Shown here: piece by piece, positions 36,945 through 48,149 of the stretch
Layout: each line of letters starts with the position of its first letter
Position numbering within the stretch: the stretch's first letter is position 1
Virus genome (UHGV): UHGV-0199215
DNA: 54,684 nt
Reading direction: 5' to 3' (one strand)
Source: a virus
Made by a program: the position numbers and the translations under genes
Notes under the pieces: model-generated
Seen by the model: only the letters and a program-made list of their open reading frames with translations
Databases searched by the model: none
What the model was told of the DNA's origin: nothing

Positions 36945-38933
36945 ATGGCTAACTGTAATGATTATATCAGTGCTGATGATTTGAAAACAGGCAAACAAGC
37001 GATTTTACATATCGAACACGTTGCGAAAAGTCGTGATGATAACGGTAACCCCGCACTGGAAGTAACAGATATCATCCGTGGTGAATCAGTTACTAACCCT
37101 ACGCTAGATGGTTTTTTTAGTTCGGTAGGTTTTAAACCTGCAGACGGTTCATTTGAAGACGGTGGTACGATTAATCATCGCTGGGAAACTTTATTATATA
37201 AAGCAGAAGGTAATTACTATCAATGGATGGGTGTACTACCTAAAGTTGTTCCTGCCGGTTCAACACCTGCGACTACGGGTGGTGTTGATGTTACACACTG
37301 GGTAAATCAAAGTGATTTAACATTACGAAACGATCTTAAATCTAATAAAGGCAGTTCAATAGTAACGTCGGCGTCTGGGGTTTCTGCGCAAAGATTGGCA
37401 TCCGGGTATAATTTCATAGGGCTGTCAACATCAGAAAATGTGATTAATAGTAATATTGACGCAATAAAAGACCCGGCAACTGGACTGTTTTGGGTATATG
37501 AAGGTGCTGTTTCGTCACCATTAATTGTCCCTGCAGGTACTGTTCCTCCCGAGCAACCATTGGCAAGGTACACGTCTACTAATTGGCGGTGTGTAGGACT
37601 ACTTGACGGCTATAAGGAGACAAACGCTAAAAATTACGGTGCTAAATGTGATGGGGTAACTGATGATTATTACGCCTATCAGTTGGCGCTGTACCACACT
37701 AAAAGTCACGTAACCCATATTGGCGACGCACGAATTGCCACAGCTACGCTCATTAAACCAGTTGGAGTGAGCATTGTTGGTGCATCTGGGTACGTAGGTG
37801 CGCAGCTTGGTAATAATCTTCCATTTACTACTTTTACGTTCGACGGTCCTTACGGTAAAGACACGTACGCTATCGATAACGGTGAAAGTGCTGGAACTGA
37901 AGATTCGGGACGCATTCAGTATGTATATCTCCGTGCGATCAATGACTCTAAGGATAATCTTAACGCAGTTAAATTGACCAAGGCCGGGCAGTTGATGGAT
38001 TGCGGGATTTTAAATTTCTGGAACGGTGTTAAATACGATGGGGGAAGCGCCTACGTACAAATCCACAGAAATAATATTAACTCCTGCAACTGCTGCATTG
38101 ATGCAGCTGGAAGTGAGTCACATATCACCAATAACCACGGGTATAATGACAGCATACGTACTTCTGCACAGTTCAGACCTGCTATTCTTATCAGAAGTGC
38201 TGGTAACATCGTTACTGAGAATAAATTCTTTGGCGACGGGGCAAATACCCCAAAAGGAGTAGAGATATGGGGTCCGGGTAATGTGGTGGCAAATAACGTT
38301 TTTGACGCTTTTACCGACATTGGGATCCTGATAACCTGCAATGACGCCTCTGTCCTGCCTGATAATAATTTAATATCAGGAAACCTGATTACGGGGATTG
38401 GTGATTCGTCTGATACGGCTAATACATTCCGAGCAGGAGTAGTGGTAAGCAATTCTGGTGCGGGGGCCGGGACTATAACAGGAACTGTTGTATATGGAAA
38501 TAGTATGTATAACAAAAGAACAGACCGACAGATGCAGTATGGAGTAGTGATAAATGCGATATCTGGTTCTTTTCCTGATTCACGGACCATATACAACACT
38601 TTGATTACGGGCAACACTTTCGGATTCGGGATTACCGGGCGGAAGGTGATTGCTCTTGGGGCTAACCATTCAGGAAGCAGAAGTAACAATAACTCCGGCG
38701 TTATTACTGAAGCAATTGGGAGTGGTACGTATTCAAACGGAGCAGTGATACAACATGGAATGTCAAGACCACCAGAATTTATAGAGTTCACACTTATAGA
38801 TTCTGGAAATCCAGTTGCTATTTCATTCTCTGCGGTAACTGATACAACATTTACTATTATGATCAGAGATTCTTCTGGAGGGATAAGCGGAACCCGTGCT
38901 GTTGCATGGAAAGCATCAAGATTAACGCCTTAA
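36945..38933 (+). CDS. tail fibre / tailspike with beta-helix-like domain
   Basis: ATG 36945 after GGAGA; Gly/Asn/Thr-rich repetitive C-terminal half; convergent with tail genes. Confidence 0.65.
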   Translation: MANCNDYISADDLKTGKQAILHIEHVAKSRDDNGNPALEVTDIIRGESVTNPTLDGFFSSVGFKPADGSFEDGGTINHRWETLLYKAEGNYYQWMGVLPKVVPAGSTPATTGGVDVTHWVNQSDLTLRNDLKSNKGSSIVTSASGVSAQRLASGYNFIGLSTSENVINSNIDAIKDPATGLFWVYEGAVSSPLIVPAGTVPPEQPLARYTSTNWRCVGLLDGYKETNAKNYGAKCDGVTDDYYAYQLALYHTKSHVTHIGDARIATATLIKPVGVSIVGASGYVGAQLGNNLPFTTFTFDGPYGKDTYAIDNGESAGTEDSGRIQYVYLRAINDSKDNLNAVKLTKAGQLMDCGILNFWNGVKYDGGSAYVQIHRNNINSCNCCIDAAGSESHITNNHGYNDSIRTSAQFRPAILIRSAGNIVTENKFFGDGANTPKGVEIWGPGNVVANNVFDAFTDIGILITCNDASVLPDNNLISGNLITGIGDSSDTANTFRAGVVVSNSGAGAGTITGTVVYGNSMYNKRTDRQMQYGVVINAISGSFPDSRTIYNTLITGNTFGFGITGRKVIALGANHSGSRSNNNSGVITEAIGSGTYSNGAVIQHGMSRPPEFIEFTLIDSGNPVAISFSAVTDTTFTIMIRDSSGGISGTRAVAWKASRLTP

Positions 38934-38939
38934 AACAAT

Positions 38940-38955
38940 CCCCGCCGAAGCGGGG
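38940..38955. terminator. bidirectional terminator hairpin between convergent tail genes
   Basis: ccccgccgaagcgggg stem-loop. Confidence 0.5.
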
Positions 38956-38961
38956 TTATAC

Positions 38962-41490
38962 TCAATCATCCTGATAATAACGTGCATCGTAATTGATGCA
39001 CGTTAAACCTACCTGATAATTGTTATCCCTTCCTGACGGTTCCATACTCTGAACAAGCATCGCTAATTTGCTACGTTCGTTATCAGCACGGATCACATAT
39101 GCGGTACGGTCACGTAACCACCCCGTGTAAATTTCTTCAGACGGTTGATAAGCCATTACCACTGAAAATTCATCATCCCCGGCAGTTACAGGAATATTTT
39201 CAAGTGTTCCCAGTCGGTGGGTTAACGTTATACTGTATGTATTACCCGTGGTGAACGTAACAGGATCACTAAGAATAAGCGTTAAACCGTCAACATCGAC
39301 TACGACACCTTCGTGTTGTTTCATACGGGTATTATCAATCATGTCCACACGCATACCCGGGGTAGCCTGTAACCCGATACTAAGCGCTGTGCACTCATGA
39401 GTGATACGCTGATAACGTAATTTATTCATCTCACGATTAGCACGGATGTTTGCAAGATATCGCGACTGACACGCAACAAGGTCTATCTTATTAAGGTTTG
39501 TTTCTTCACCTTTAGTTACATACAAATATGATTTTTCATTGTGATCGAAGTATTTAACCTGAACGCCCGTATATTCTTTAGGTGGTGCGAAAGAACGTGT
39601 GCGTTTATCACTGTCAGGGATCTTAAACGCGTGACCAAACTGCATTGCTGACTGGTCCTGCGGTAATTCAGGCCAGAAATACAATACACTACCGATCTGA
39701 TACGGTTTAACATTCACCGTGTTACAGATAGTGTCCAATCCTTCTTCGTACGTCGTACTGTTGTTATCAAACGTATAACCAACTTCAATTGCTCGTTGGT
39801 CACCAAAATATTCAAGAAGTTGTGCCTGAACAGCATATAAAGCATCGCGATCAATAGTGTCCAATGTGCGACGACCAAATAAAGGATCTGTGTGCATTGA
39901 CATTACAACGTCTGCAAAATTACTACTTGCAACACCGTTATACACACGTGTTGCAATCATGTTTAATTTACGTTCTTTTTGTTTCAGTGCCGCGTTTGTT
40001 GCTTTCGTCACGGTGTGAATTAACGTCACATCACCATAGGAGCGCGGAGAAACGTTCGTGATAGCGTATAAATCGCGCCACTTGATGTTGTCAACAACAG
40101 ACCCTTCGAATTCTTTATCTGTGTCTGACAGTCGTCTTACAGACACATTGACAGGACCGTCAAAAGGGTTGTCCACAATTAACGAACTGCCTACAGCTTC
40201 TGTATAGCGACCACTGACAGACATAGAATGTGTCACATTCGCCTTCACACCGTTCGGGTCCGACAAAACTACCTGGAAGTCACAGGTAAACGGATAAATG
40301 TCGCCATCAGTTTTATACACACCATTCTGTGCATAAAGATTAATCATCAACTTATCCGCACTATCAATCAGATAAGGTCCGACAACATATGGCATGGTAC
40401 TGTCAAGAGACGGTGAAAATTTGTATAAAAAATTTCCGCTTCCTTCAGTGGGTTCAAATTCCCAGTAACCGTCGTTTCGCAAGTAAGCCTGTGTATATGC
40501 AGCCTGACCACTTTCAGACAGAGCATCCCAACCATCACGACCATTAGTATCAATGATTAACGTATTCTCACCTGCATAAATAATGTCATATTCACCAGAC
40601 AGATCATTACGTACATACGTGTTTAATGGTAAAGTATTAGGTGTAAAACTGTAAAATTGCGATAAACGTATTTTACTACCGATTGGTGCACGTTCCGACC
40701 AGTCAATCGTAATGTTATCATCACTGGTAATCGTAGTGTCAATTTCACCAGTGCTGTAAATTTTAAAACTCGCTTTGCTGATATCAGCATAGTTTGGTGG
40801 CTTGACTTCAGATCCGTCTGCTTCGTTCGATGACTTAGCAACCATGATCGGAAAAGTGTTAATATCAATTGCACCACCGATATTCATATATGGAGAACCA
40901 TACCCTGGTGCATTACCTTTTTTATAAAAGTCTAATTTTTCACCGCTGATATTTACAGCAGGTGTAATACCATCACGAACGTCTTCGACTTCGTATTCAC
41001 CAGCACCCAGACACAGAAACTGAACTTCGTATTCTGTTCGGTCAATGAAGATTCGGTAATCCATTAACAAATCAGGGTATGCCAGTACACGACCACGAAT
41101 ATCAGAGATACGCTCACCCGGTCGCGAAGCATTAGTACGCCCCTGAAGCGCGTTGTTAGACGACGCTGAACGTGAGTTCTTAAGATTAGCCGATGCACTG
41201 GTATTCGGCATGAACAACTTTAAAATGGGGTTTAAAATTGTGCTGATAACTTTTGTTATTGCACTAATCACCCCACCTTTTGGTAATTCATAAATATGAT
41301 AAACAGCGTCAGGATCAGTCAGTACGCTGGGATCAGTAACCCATTTCTGGGTAATGTTTTCGTCGTTTTTATAAATCAGTAACCCACGCGGACGAACTGT
41401 ACCCACAGGCCAGCGTTTCAGCACCCATTCACCAAAGTCAACGTTATCCGCGTGTTCAACAGGATTAGTGTGATAAATGACTTTAGACAC
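38962..41490 (-). CDS. tail tip / central tail fibre protein (J-like)
   Basis: 842 aa, last large gene of the minus-strand tail module. Confidence 0.6.
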   Translation of the reverse strand: MSKVIYHTNPVEHADNVDFGEWVLKRWPVGTVRPRGLLIYKNDENITQKWVTDPSVLTDPDAVYHIYELPKGGVISAITKVISTILNPILKLFMPNTSASANLKNSRSASSNNALQGRTNASRPGERISDIRGRVLAYPDLLMDYRIFIDRTEYEVQFLCLGAGEYEVEDVRDGITPAVNISGEKLDFYKKGNAPGYGSPYMNIGGAIDINTFPIMVAKSSNEADGSEVKPPNYADISKASFKIYSTGEIDTTITSDDNITIDWSERAPIGSKIRLSQFYSFTPNTLPLNTYVRNDLSGEYDIIYAGENTLIIDTNGRDGWDALSESGQAAYTQAYLRNDGYWEFEPTEGSGNFLYKFSPSLDSTMPYVVGPYLIDSADKLMINLYAQNGVYKTDGDIYPFTCDFQVVLSDPNGVKANVTHSMSVSGRYTEAVGSSLIVDNPFDGPVNVSVRRLSDTDKEFEGSVVDNIKWRDLYAITNVSPRSYGDVTLIHTVTKATNAALKQKERKLNMIATRVYNGVASSNFADVVMSMHTDPLFGRRTLDTIDRDALYAVQAQLLEYFGDQRAIEVGYTFDNNSTTYEEGLDTICNTVNVKPYQIGSVLYFWPELPQDQSAMQFGHAFKIPDSDKRTRSFAPPKEYTGVQVKYFDHNEKSYLYVTKGEETNLNKIDLVACQSRYLANIRANREMNKLRYQRITHECTALSIGLQATPGMRVDMIDNTRMKQHEGVVVDVDGLTLILSDPVTFTTGNTYSITLTHRLGTLENIPVTAGDDEFSVVMAYQPSEEIYTGWLRDRTAYVIRADNERSKLAMLVQSMEPSGRDNNYQVGLTCINYDARYYQDD

Positions 41491-41842
41491 TTTTCATTCT
41501 CCAGAACGTGATTTCTTTATGTGCTGTCTTGATTATACTTAAAGGTGATCTGATTGTCTGTCCTGGTGAATCACCAGGTGGCTGATAACAATGATGAACC
41601 ATTCCACAATCCCACACGCCGACATGAAAACCGCCTGAATATCGGTTCTTCATCAGTACAAGCGCGCCTTGTTCCGGTGTGGTAATTGGTGAAAAACGTT
41701 TTCGCATCCATCTGACAAACGCAATATCCCATTCATCACCTGAAACAGTTTTCAATACGTGTGGGTAATTGTGCACCTGATACCACTGACTGACCTCGTG
41801 TGTACAATTCCATTTATCAATATCGTAGCGATCACCGATCAT
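41483..41842 (-). CDS. tail assembly protein, NlpC/P60-like
   Basis: Conserved Cys (WNCTH) and His (GFHVGVW, MVHHC) residues; position matches lambda K. Confidence 0.45.
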   Translation of the reverse strand: MIGDRYDIDKWNCTHEVSQWYQVHNYPHVLKTVSGDEWDIAFVRWMRKRFSPITTPEQGALVLMKNRYSGGFHVGVWDCGMVHHCYQPPGDSPGQTIRSPLSIIKTAHKEITFWRMKSV

Positions 41843-42357
41843 GTTGCATACGCCAGCAATGTAGGAAAACGTTCGAACGTATATGATTCACCTGTCCCGG
41901 CGAAGTTTGTAATAGGTGGTGATGCTGTGAACGTACAACCCTGTGGTTCGGTAGTAATGTCACCAGATTCCAGAAGATATGGCCCATCCTGAATATCAGA
42001 CATGGAACCATCTTCACGGTAAACAAATGTTCGTAACTCAACAGATGGTTTTTCATTACTGTCAAGCGGAATTAAGTCCAGATATACACCGACTACTTCA
42101 TTCAGATCCTGAATGGTGAATGAATAATCCTGTGATAAATCGTTTTGTTTATTCGCCTTCTTGACGGACATCGGAACGTATTCGTACTCATATTCCTTAC
42201 CGTCTTCATGTACAGCGATAAATCCCGGATAAACACTGGTGATGTATAGCGGATTAGGCCATGAACTATGATTCAGTTTCACACCGTCAACAACACCTTT
42301 ACCAGTTGTTGCGACCGTTAATAATTCACGCAGTTCGTCTTTCATTCTGGTGTCCAC
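41839..42357 (-). CDS. minor tail protein
   Basis: Position between tape measure and tail tip genes. Confidence 0.45.
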   Translation of the reverse strand: MDTRMKDELRELLTVATTGKGVVDGVKLNHSSWPNPLYITSVYPGFIAVHEDGKEYEYEYVPMSVKKANKQNDLSQDYSFTIQDLNEVVGVYLDLIPLDSNEKPSVELRTFVYREDGSMSDIQDGPYLLESGDITTEPQGCTFTASPPITNFAGTGESYTFERFPTLLAYAT

Positions 42358-42845
42358 GCGTTATTTAAGAGTAGGCCAGTATCAATAATTTCTTTAAGGT
42401 AACAAGCAGCGTAATCACCCTGGCATTTAGTGATTAACAATCGTGATGCCATTGCGCAACGGTCGATTACAGGAACAGCTTGTAACTGTAGATCGACAGA
42501 TCCTTTCCATCCTACAACAGAGGATGACGGGTTGCTGACAATCTGAACAACGTGTTCCTGAATCAAACCGTTCACAAACAGTTGCATCACAAACCGCTTA
42601 CTACCTTCAGCGATTTCCAGATTATAAAAATCGTCCCACCACTGAAGCATCGCAGGACTATATAACTGAATTGTACACGATACCTGAGCAGGGCCACCAA
42701 AGGCGCTACGACCTAACCGTGATAGCGTCCCGGAAATATCAGATTTAGTTACACCCCACGGTGGACTATAACTGTAATTATCACGCTCAGGTAACACCAT
42801 TTTCGCGCCGTACTCAAGCCGTGGTAAATCATCTGTATTGCTCAT
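42342..42845 (-). CDS. minor tail protein
   Basis: Immediately downstream of tape measure gene. Confidence 0.45.
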   Translation of the reverse strand: MSNTDDLPRLEYGAKMVLPERDNYSYSPPWGVTKSDISGTLSRLGRSAFGGPAQVSCTIQLYSPAMLQWWDDFYNLEIAEGSKRFVMQLFVNGLIQEHVVQIVSNPSSSVVGWKGSVDLQLQAVPVIDRCAMASRLLITKCQGDYAACYLKEIIDTGLLLNNAWTPE

Positions 42846-45760
42846 TATATTTTCCTGTTCGCATCATAGTTAGACCTGAACGCTTTATTCGTCTGACTGT
42901 ACGGGTCATTCCATTGTGCCGCTGATTGTCGTGGGAATTCTTCACCTATGATAAGCACTACGTCATCCCGTGTTAATCCTTGTTTCACCTGAACACGTTC
43001 ACCACCGTAGTTATGAACCTGAATATTAGGTGATGAGCCACCTTCAGATCCGGGGGTGTATGTCCCACGATTCATTGCTTCCAGAGTGCTACGATAACGA
43101 CTGGTAGCCTGTTTGGTACTGACAAACTCACCATTACTCAAACGTGCGTTTATACTGTCACTCTGACCTGTACCCGGACCTTTAACATAACCACCCGTTG
43201 CAAAACCTGTTGCAGCCACAGACTGAATGTTACCTAACACGCTTGTTCCATATGACAAAGCCTGTGCAATGAACGGAATATTCGCCGGGAACGGCAACGC
43301 CATAGCCTGGCTAACTGCTGTCCACAGGTTAATGCTTGCCTGTGCAATACTAAAGGCTTTAGACAGTGCAAACATCGCTTTATACGCGTTTGATTGCTCA
43401 CCTTTAGATTGTGCCAGACCAGCAGCCATTTGACCCAAAAAATCAGCACTGGATTGTAGCAACAAGCTGTAATTAGCATTTGCAAGATTCGTACGGGCTT
43501 GTTCCCCAGCCTGTTGAATCTGCGTTTTCATATCCTGGTATTGTTGCTCGTTGATTAAATCTTGTTCACGGGCTTGTTGTATGACAGTAAGGCGTTGTGC
43601 TTCCTGCTGATTAACCTGATCAACCTGTGATTGATACGGGTTTAACTCACCCTGTACATCGGTTTGTACCTGTGAAACCTGACCAGCTAACTGTTGCGCC
43701 TGTTGTTGACGTTGCAATGCAGCCACATGTGCATCAACAGCGGCACGTTCAGCATCAGTTGCGTCTTTATTCAGTCGTGACTGTGCTTCAGCCTGTTGTG
43801 AAGCCAGCGTTAACTGTTGACGTACCTGATATTCTTTCTGATACGTTGCTGTAAGTTGTTCAACAGACGACCCCTGTGTTAAAGCAATCTGAACCTGTTC
43901 GCGGGCTAACTGAACATCATAATTACCAGCATTGATTTTATCCTGAAGCGTTTTCAGGTATTTCTGGTTAGCAGCCTGATTACGTTCCAGTTCTTTCTGT
44001 GCACGTTTAGCCGCAGATGCTTCAGCACTGGCTAATTTCTTCTGGTTTTTTTGATTTTCTTTATATTCTGCCTGTTGTTTCAACAACGCAGCATAGTCTG
44101 CAATCTGTTCCTTCGTTGCTTTATTACCCAGTTTCTGACTTGCTGCCAGTTCATAGTTACCGTCAGCAAGCGCCTGGGTGTAAGTGATCTGTTCTTTCAG
44201 GTTTTTAATCTGTTTTGCAGATTCGGCATCAGGACGTCCGGCAGCCTGAGCAGCCGTAATACTCGCCTGTAAAGTGCTTGCCTGATTTGCAAGATTTTCA
44301 GCAACACCCTTACCCAACGGAGTAGCCTGAACAACCCCTCGTTGTGCTTCTGCTTGTTGTTTTGTTAACTGAACATCAAGTTTTTTAAGTTCGTTTAATT
44401 TCTTCTGTGCAGCGCTTGTATCACCAACAAATTTTGTATACCCACCAATTGACTGTGTTGTATACCCACGCTGAATTTGTGCTTCCAGATCTGCAATTTC
44501 TTTCAGATTGGCTTCACGTTTTGCGGTAACACTGTTCAGATTGTTAGTGGCTTGTGCCAGTTTGTCAGCACCTGCAGCGGCTTTTATTAACTCTGTTGTA
44601 CCCGATACACCACCTGCTAACAGGTCCAGGAATTTAGCCAGGAATTTAGATGCACCAATCTGCTGATCGAGTTCAGCGATAGCCACGGACAGGTTGTTAC
44701 GTAACGCAGTGGCAGACTGATCTACAGAACGAGGAAGTTTATCGAACTGTGCGCTGATTTCATCAGTCGCGTTGTTTAACAACAACAGTTTATCACGGGT
44801 AATTTCACCATCAGAACCTAACTGTTTAAGTTCCCCCGTGGTAACACCCATTTGTTTAGCCAGCACCTGAAGAACAGTCGGTAATTGTTCAGATACAGAC
44901 CTGAATTCATCACCCTGTAACCGACCAGATGCAAACGCCTGTGATAACTGGTAGATTGCGGCTGATGCTTCAGCACTGGATGCACCAGAAACACGGGCCA
45001 TTTTCTGTAGGTTATCGGTGAACTGCAGAATAACCTGGTTACTGATCCCGGCATCTTTACCAGCAGCGGCAAAACGCTGAAAACTGTTTGCCGCTGCGTC
45101 AATATCGGTTCCGGCCCGGTTAGCCTGTTGTATGAGTTGCGCGAAGATTTGCTGTGATTCAACTGATGTTGCTGTATATAAACTGATACGGCTTTGCAAC
45201 AGTTCAACTTTCGTTGCTGTGTCTACAAATGCTTTACCCCAGTCGTAAAGTGACCCTGCAATCTGTAAACCAACAAACGCTTTTGCACCAGTGACAAGTG
45301 TTTCAAGAGCGCCTTTAGTTTTTTGTGTTGATTGATTAGTGTTATTCTGCTGATTATCAAGTTTTTTAAGACTGTTAGTCAGATCGTCAATTGCTTTCTT
45401 TTCATCAGCAGTTGCTTGTTTGATAATTTTGGCTAATTCAGCAAATTTCTGTTGATTATTAACAGTCTGACCAGCCGCACGAGCAGCAGCACCCTGTGTT
45501 GCTAACAGGCGTGATTGTTCCTGTGCTGCTTCACGAGTAGCCCTAGCTACAGCAACAGCTTTAGCAGCCTGATTAGCTTGTTGTTGTGCCAGTTGCTGTG
45601 CTGCTTTTGCAACCTGCTGTTCAGCCACAGATAACTGATTGGCAGCCTGTGCAGCAGCTATGGTTGATTTTTCAGTCTGATCTAACTGACTGTTAAGATT
45701 ATTAAGATTGCGGTCAGCCGAACCGGTGTCAATCTTAATATCAATAGGATATTGTGCCAT
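42845..45760 (-). CDS. tail tape measure protein
   Basis: 971 aa, Ala/Gln-rich coiled-coil N-terminal two-thirds; follows the G/GT chaperone pair. Confidence 0.85.
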   Translation of the reverse strand: MAQYPIDIKIDTGSADRNLNNLNSQLDQTEKSTIAAAQAANQLSVAEQQVAKAAQQLAQQQANQAAKAVAVARATREAAQEQSRLLATQGAAARAAGQTVNNQQKFAELAKIIKQATADEKKAIDDLTNSLKKLDNQQNNTNQSTQKTKGALETLVTGAKAFVGLQIAGSLYDWGKAFVDTATKVELLQSRISLYTATSVESQQIFAQLIQQANRAGTDIDAAANSFQRFAAAGKDAGISNQVILQFTDNLQKMARVSGASSAEASAAIYQLSQAFASGRLQGDEFRSVSEQLPTVLQVLAKQMGVTTGELKQLGSDGEITRDKLLLLNNATDEISAQFDKLPRSVDQSATALRNNLSVAIAELDQQIGASKFLAKFLDLLAGGVSGTTELIKAAAGADKLAQATNNLNSVTAKREANLKEIADLEAQIQRGYTTQSIGGYTKFVGDTSAAQKKLNELKKLDVQLTKQQAEAQRGVVQATPLGKGVAENLANQASTLQASITAAQAAGRPDAESAKQIKNLKEQITYTQALADGNYELAASQKLGNKATKEQIADYAALLKQQAEYKENQKNQKKLASAEASAAKRAQKELERNQAANQKYLKTLQDKINAGNYDVQLAREQVQIALTQGSSVEQLTATYQKEYQVRQQLTLASQQAEAQSRLNKDATDAERAAVDAHVAALQRQQQAQQLAGQVSQVQTDVQGELNPYQSQVDQVNQQEAQRLTVIQQAREQDLINEQQYQDMKTQIQQAGEQARTNLANANYSLLLQSSADFLGQMAAGLAQSKGEQSNAYKAMFALSKAFSIAQASINLWTAVSQAMALPFPANIPFIAQALSYGTSVLGNIQSVAATGFATGGYVKGPGTGQSDSINARLSNGEFVSTKQATSRYRSTLEAMNRGTYTPGSEGGSSPNIQVHNYGGERVQVKQGLTRDDVVLIIGEEFPRQSAAQWNDPYSQTNKAFRSNYDANRKI

Positions 45761-45831
45761 GTTGGTTAACCTTTTCGTGAAGCATGTACACAGTTTAACA
45801 CGTTAACCATAATATATGAAAAAGCCCGGAA

Positions 45832-46137
45832 CTAACCGGGCTTATGTTTATTTTTCTTCATCTCGGCAACTCGTGCAGACCGTAATGCTATCAATAATTT
45901 CCACAAGAATTGTACATCAACGTTATACACCCGTGCATAACGCTCACAAGCAACCCAATCAGCTTCCATAAGATCCAAATAAGCATTCCAGTAAAATATA
46001 GCATCAGGTCGCAATTCAGGACGTTTCTGTACAACAACCGGAACAGATATACCACGAGCAGCCGCCCCTTGTGTAACCCAGTCCAGGTCGTCCCCGTCTG
46101 TCTTATCGTTCCACAAGAGGAAGTCGATCAGTTTTTT
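45832..46137 (-). CDS. T segment of the tail assembly chaperone G-T frameshift product
   Basis: Open -1 frame continues from slippery A_AAA_AAC at 46131-46137 to 45832. Confidence 0.55.
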   Translation of the reverse strand, partial: KKLIDFLLWNDKTDGDDLDWVTQGAAARGISVPVVVQKRPELRPDAIFYWNAYLDLMEADWVACERYARVYNVDVQFLWKLLIALRSARVAEMKKNKHKPG

Positions 46138-46550
46138 TCAATCTGTTTTTCCCATTCGTCCTGGAAGAATGCGGAATTAATTGCGAACTGAATAACACGA
46201 CTGTAGATCACCTGACCGAAACGTTCATCACTTAACAGTTCAATAGCTTCTTCAACACTGAATGGTTCCGGTTTGTCATCTTCACCAATCAGTTTCCAGT
46301 CCAGCATAAGAACGTTAGCCACGAACTTAACACCTTCTGGTGTATATTCCTGATTCCACAGTTTTTCAAAGAAGTTTTCAGACAACACACCGTTCTGTTT
46401 TACATAGTCCGCGACTGTTACGTTATATACCTGGTTAGCGGTGTTCAGGTTCAACACAGTGATACTGAAATTTTCATTTAAAATCAGTTCAGCAGAAGAC
46501 TTCAGCACTAATGGAGAAAGTGCTTTTTTCAGATGGTCAAATTTTGACAT
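46128..46550 (-). CDS. tail assembly chaperone (G-like)
   Basis: 140 aa directly upstream of tape measure; ends ...EKN* on a slippery heptamer. Confidence 0.65.
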   Translation of the reverse strand: MSKFDHLKKALSPLVLKSSAELILNENFSITVLNLNTANQVYNVTVADYVKQNGVLSENFFEKLWNQEYTPEGVKFVANVLMLDWKLIGEDDKPEPFSVEEAIELLSDERFGQVIYSRVIQFAINSAFFQDEWEKQIEKN

Positions 46551-46611
46551 GGTTTTTACCTTTTATGTAGTAGACGATTAGATAGTAATAGTTCTGTACA
46601 AATTACGCAAC

Positions 46612-46635
46612 AAAAAAGCCCGGCGTTAACCGGGC
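46612..46635 (-). terminator. rho-independent terminator after the major tail gene
   Basis: gcccggttaacgccgggc hairpin followed by U6 on the minus strand. Confidence 0.6.
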
Positions 46636-46655
46636 AACCACTACCATCTACCATG

Positions 46656-48113
46656 TCATGCTGTAGGCAAGTACGGGAACAAGCTGAATCCAATCATAAA
46701 ACCGATCGACTCTTCTTCGTGGGCGTTACCGCTAACAGTGACTTTCACTTTTTCGCCCGTCGCAAGGTTCTTGGAACCGTCACCCAGTGTCATAGCGGGG
46801 ATGTTAACCACAATTGCACCGTCACCGTTTACCCCGGCAAGTTCGAAGTTAACGGTCGCGTTGTTACGGATCGCAGCCAGTACAGCACCGTCCGTCATCA
46901 CCGTTTCAGTTTCCATCGTGATTTCCAGGTTACCGATGTTGGTAAACGCAGCACCCATCACGCCCAGCACGTTTTCACCTGACACGTTGTTATTCACGGT
47001 GACAGTAACGTCTTTCAGGAACGTACTGAGGCCACTATCATCAATCCCGGTCAGTCGTACACGGTTCAGGTTCGTTACGGTGTTGTACGCTTCGTTAGCC
47101 ACGAATTCAACATACCCGGAACCCGGTAGCGCGGTTTCTGACGGTGCTGATAAATCCTGTGCTACAAACGTCAGATCCATTGTCATTTTTTCAGTCAACG
47201 GTGCGTTGATCGTCATCTGGTTTGCAGCTACAGCACGCGCATATTCATAAATAACAGGTGTCGTGTTGTAACGTGCTTCCATTGTGTATTCAGTTTTAAC
47301 GAACTCTGCAGAGTCAACAGGAACGTTTCGAACAAAACTGGAAACAAATAAACGTACAGTTTTACCTGTACCTTCTTCAGTGGTGAATTCACTGTTAGCG
47401 AGAGTCAGAACATGATCACCAACCATAGTCACGCGGGCCATTTTACTGGTAACCGACTGTGTTAGACCGTCAATATAAATATACTGGCCAGGTACTAAAC
47501 CCAGTGTGGAAAAATCTAGGGTGGTAGACGTCAACTGACCATTACTATTAACAGCGATATCACCAGACGTTGCAGCATAACCCACAAGATACAAACGAGC
47601 TTCAGCAGGCGGTGACGCTTCGGCACTAAGCCCTGACACGTTGATAGCCGTAGTGGTACTACCAGCGCCTACAGTTTTCAAACCGTTGTTTGCAGCCAGT
47701 GTAAAACCTGTTGCATAAACCAGTGCACCTTCAGGCAATGTTGCGTCAAGAGTAGCAACGTTATAAGCGTCAGTATCAACACTGGTAACGTCAATATCAA
47801 TTGCACCAGCACCGACCCATTTACTATAAAGTAACCCGTCACCCCAGTAGCGGAACGTATCAAGTGTCAGGTCTGTCTGAAAACCCGGTGCAACTTCAAC
47901 GTTAGTTACCGTGCCTTTACGTGCAGATCGGTCCGTACTGATCGGTGTACGCTGAGTCTTTGTAATATCAGCACTATAAGAACTGATTTCGTTCGGTTGT
48001 TGAACCGTCCAGGGTGTACCAGAAACAGGTTCACAGACTTTTGCCACACTGAGTCGTGTTGCGTTTACATCAGCCGCAGGTGTTTGCGAACATTTAAAAA
48101 TTGATTCAGCCAT
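46656..48113 (-). CDS. major tail protein
   Basis: 485 aa, Thr/Val/Gly-rich beta composition, upstream of chaperones; terminator after it. Confidence 0.6.
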   Translation of the reverse strand: MAESIFKCSQTPAADVNATRLSVAKVCEPVSGTPWTVQQPNEISSYSADITKTQRTPISTDRSARKGTVTNVEVAPGFQTDLTLDTFRYWGDGLLYSKWVGAGAIDIDVTSVDTDAYNVATLDATLPEGALVYATGFTLAANNGLKTVGAGSTTTAINVSGLSAEASPPAEARLYLVGYAATSGDIAVNSNGQLTSTTLDFSTLGLVPGQYIYIDGLTQSVTSKMARVTMVGDHVLTLANSEFTTEEGTGKTVRLFVSSFVRNVPVDSAEFVKTEYTMEARYNTTPVIYEYARAVAANQMTINAPLTEKMTMDLTFVAQDLSAPSETALPGSGYVEFVANEAYNTVTNLNRVRLTGIDDSGLSTFLKDVTVTVNNNVSGENVLGVMGAAFTNIGNLEITMETETVMTDGAVLAAIRNNATVNFELAGVNGDGAIVVNIPAMTLGDGSKNLATGEKVKVTVSGNAHEEESIGFMIGFSLFPYLPTA

Positions 48114-48149
48114 TGTTCTAAGCCTCGTTTGATTGCAATCATTCGTAGT

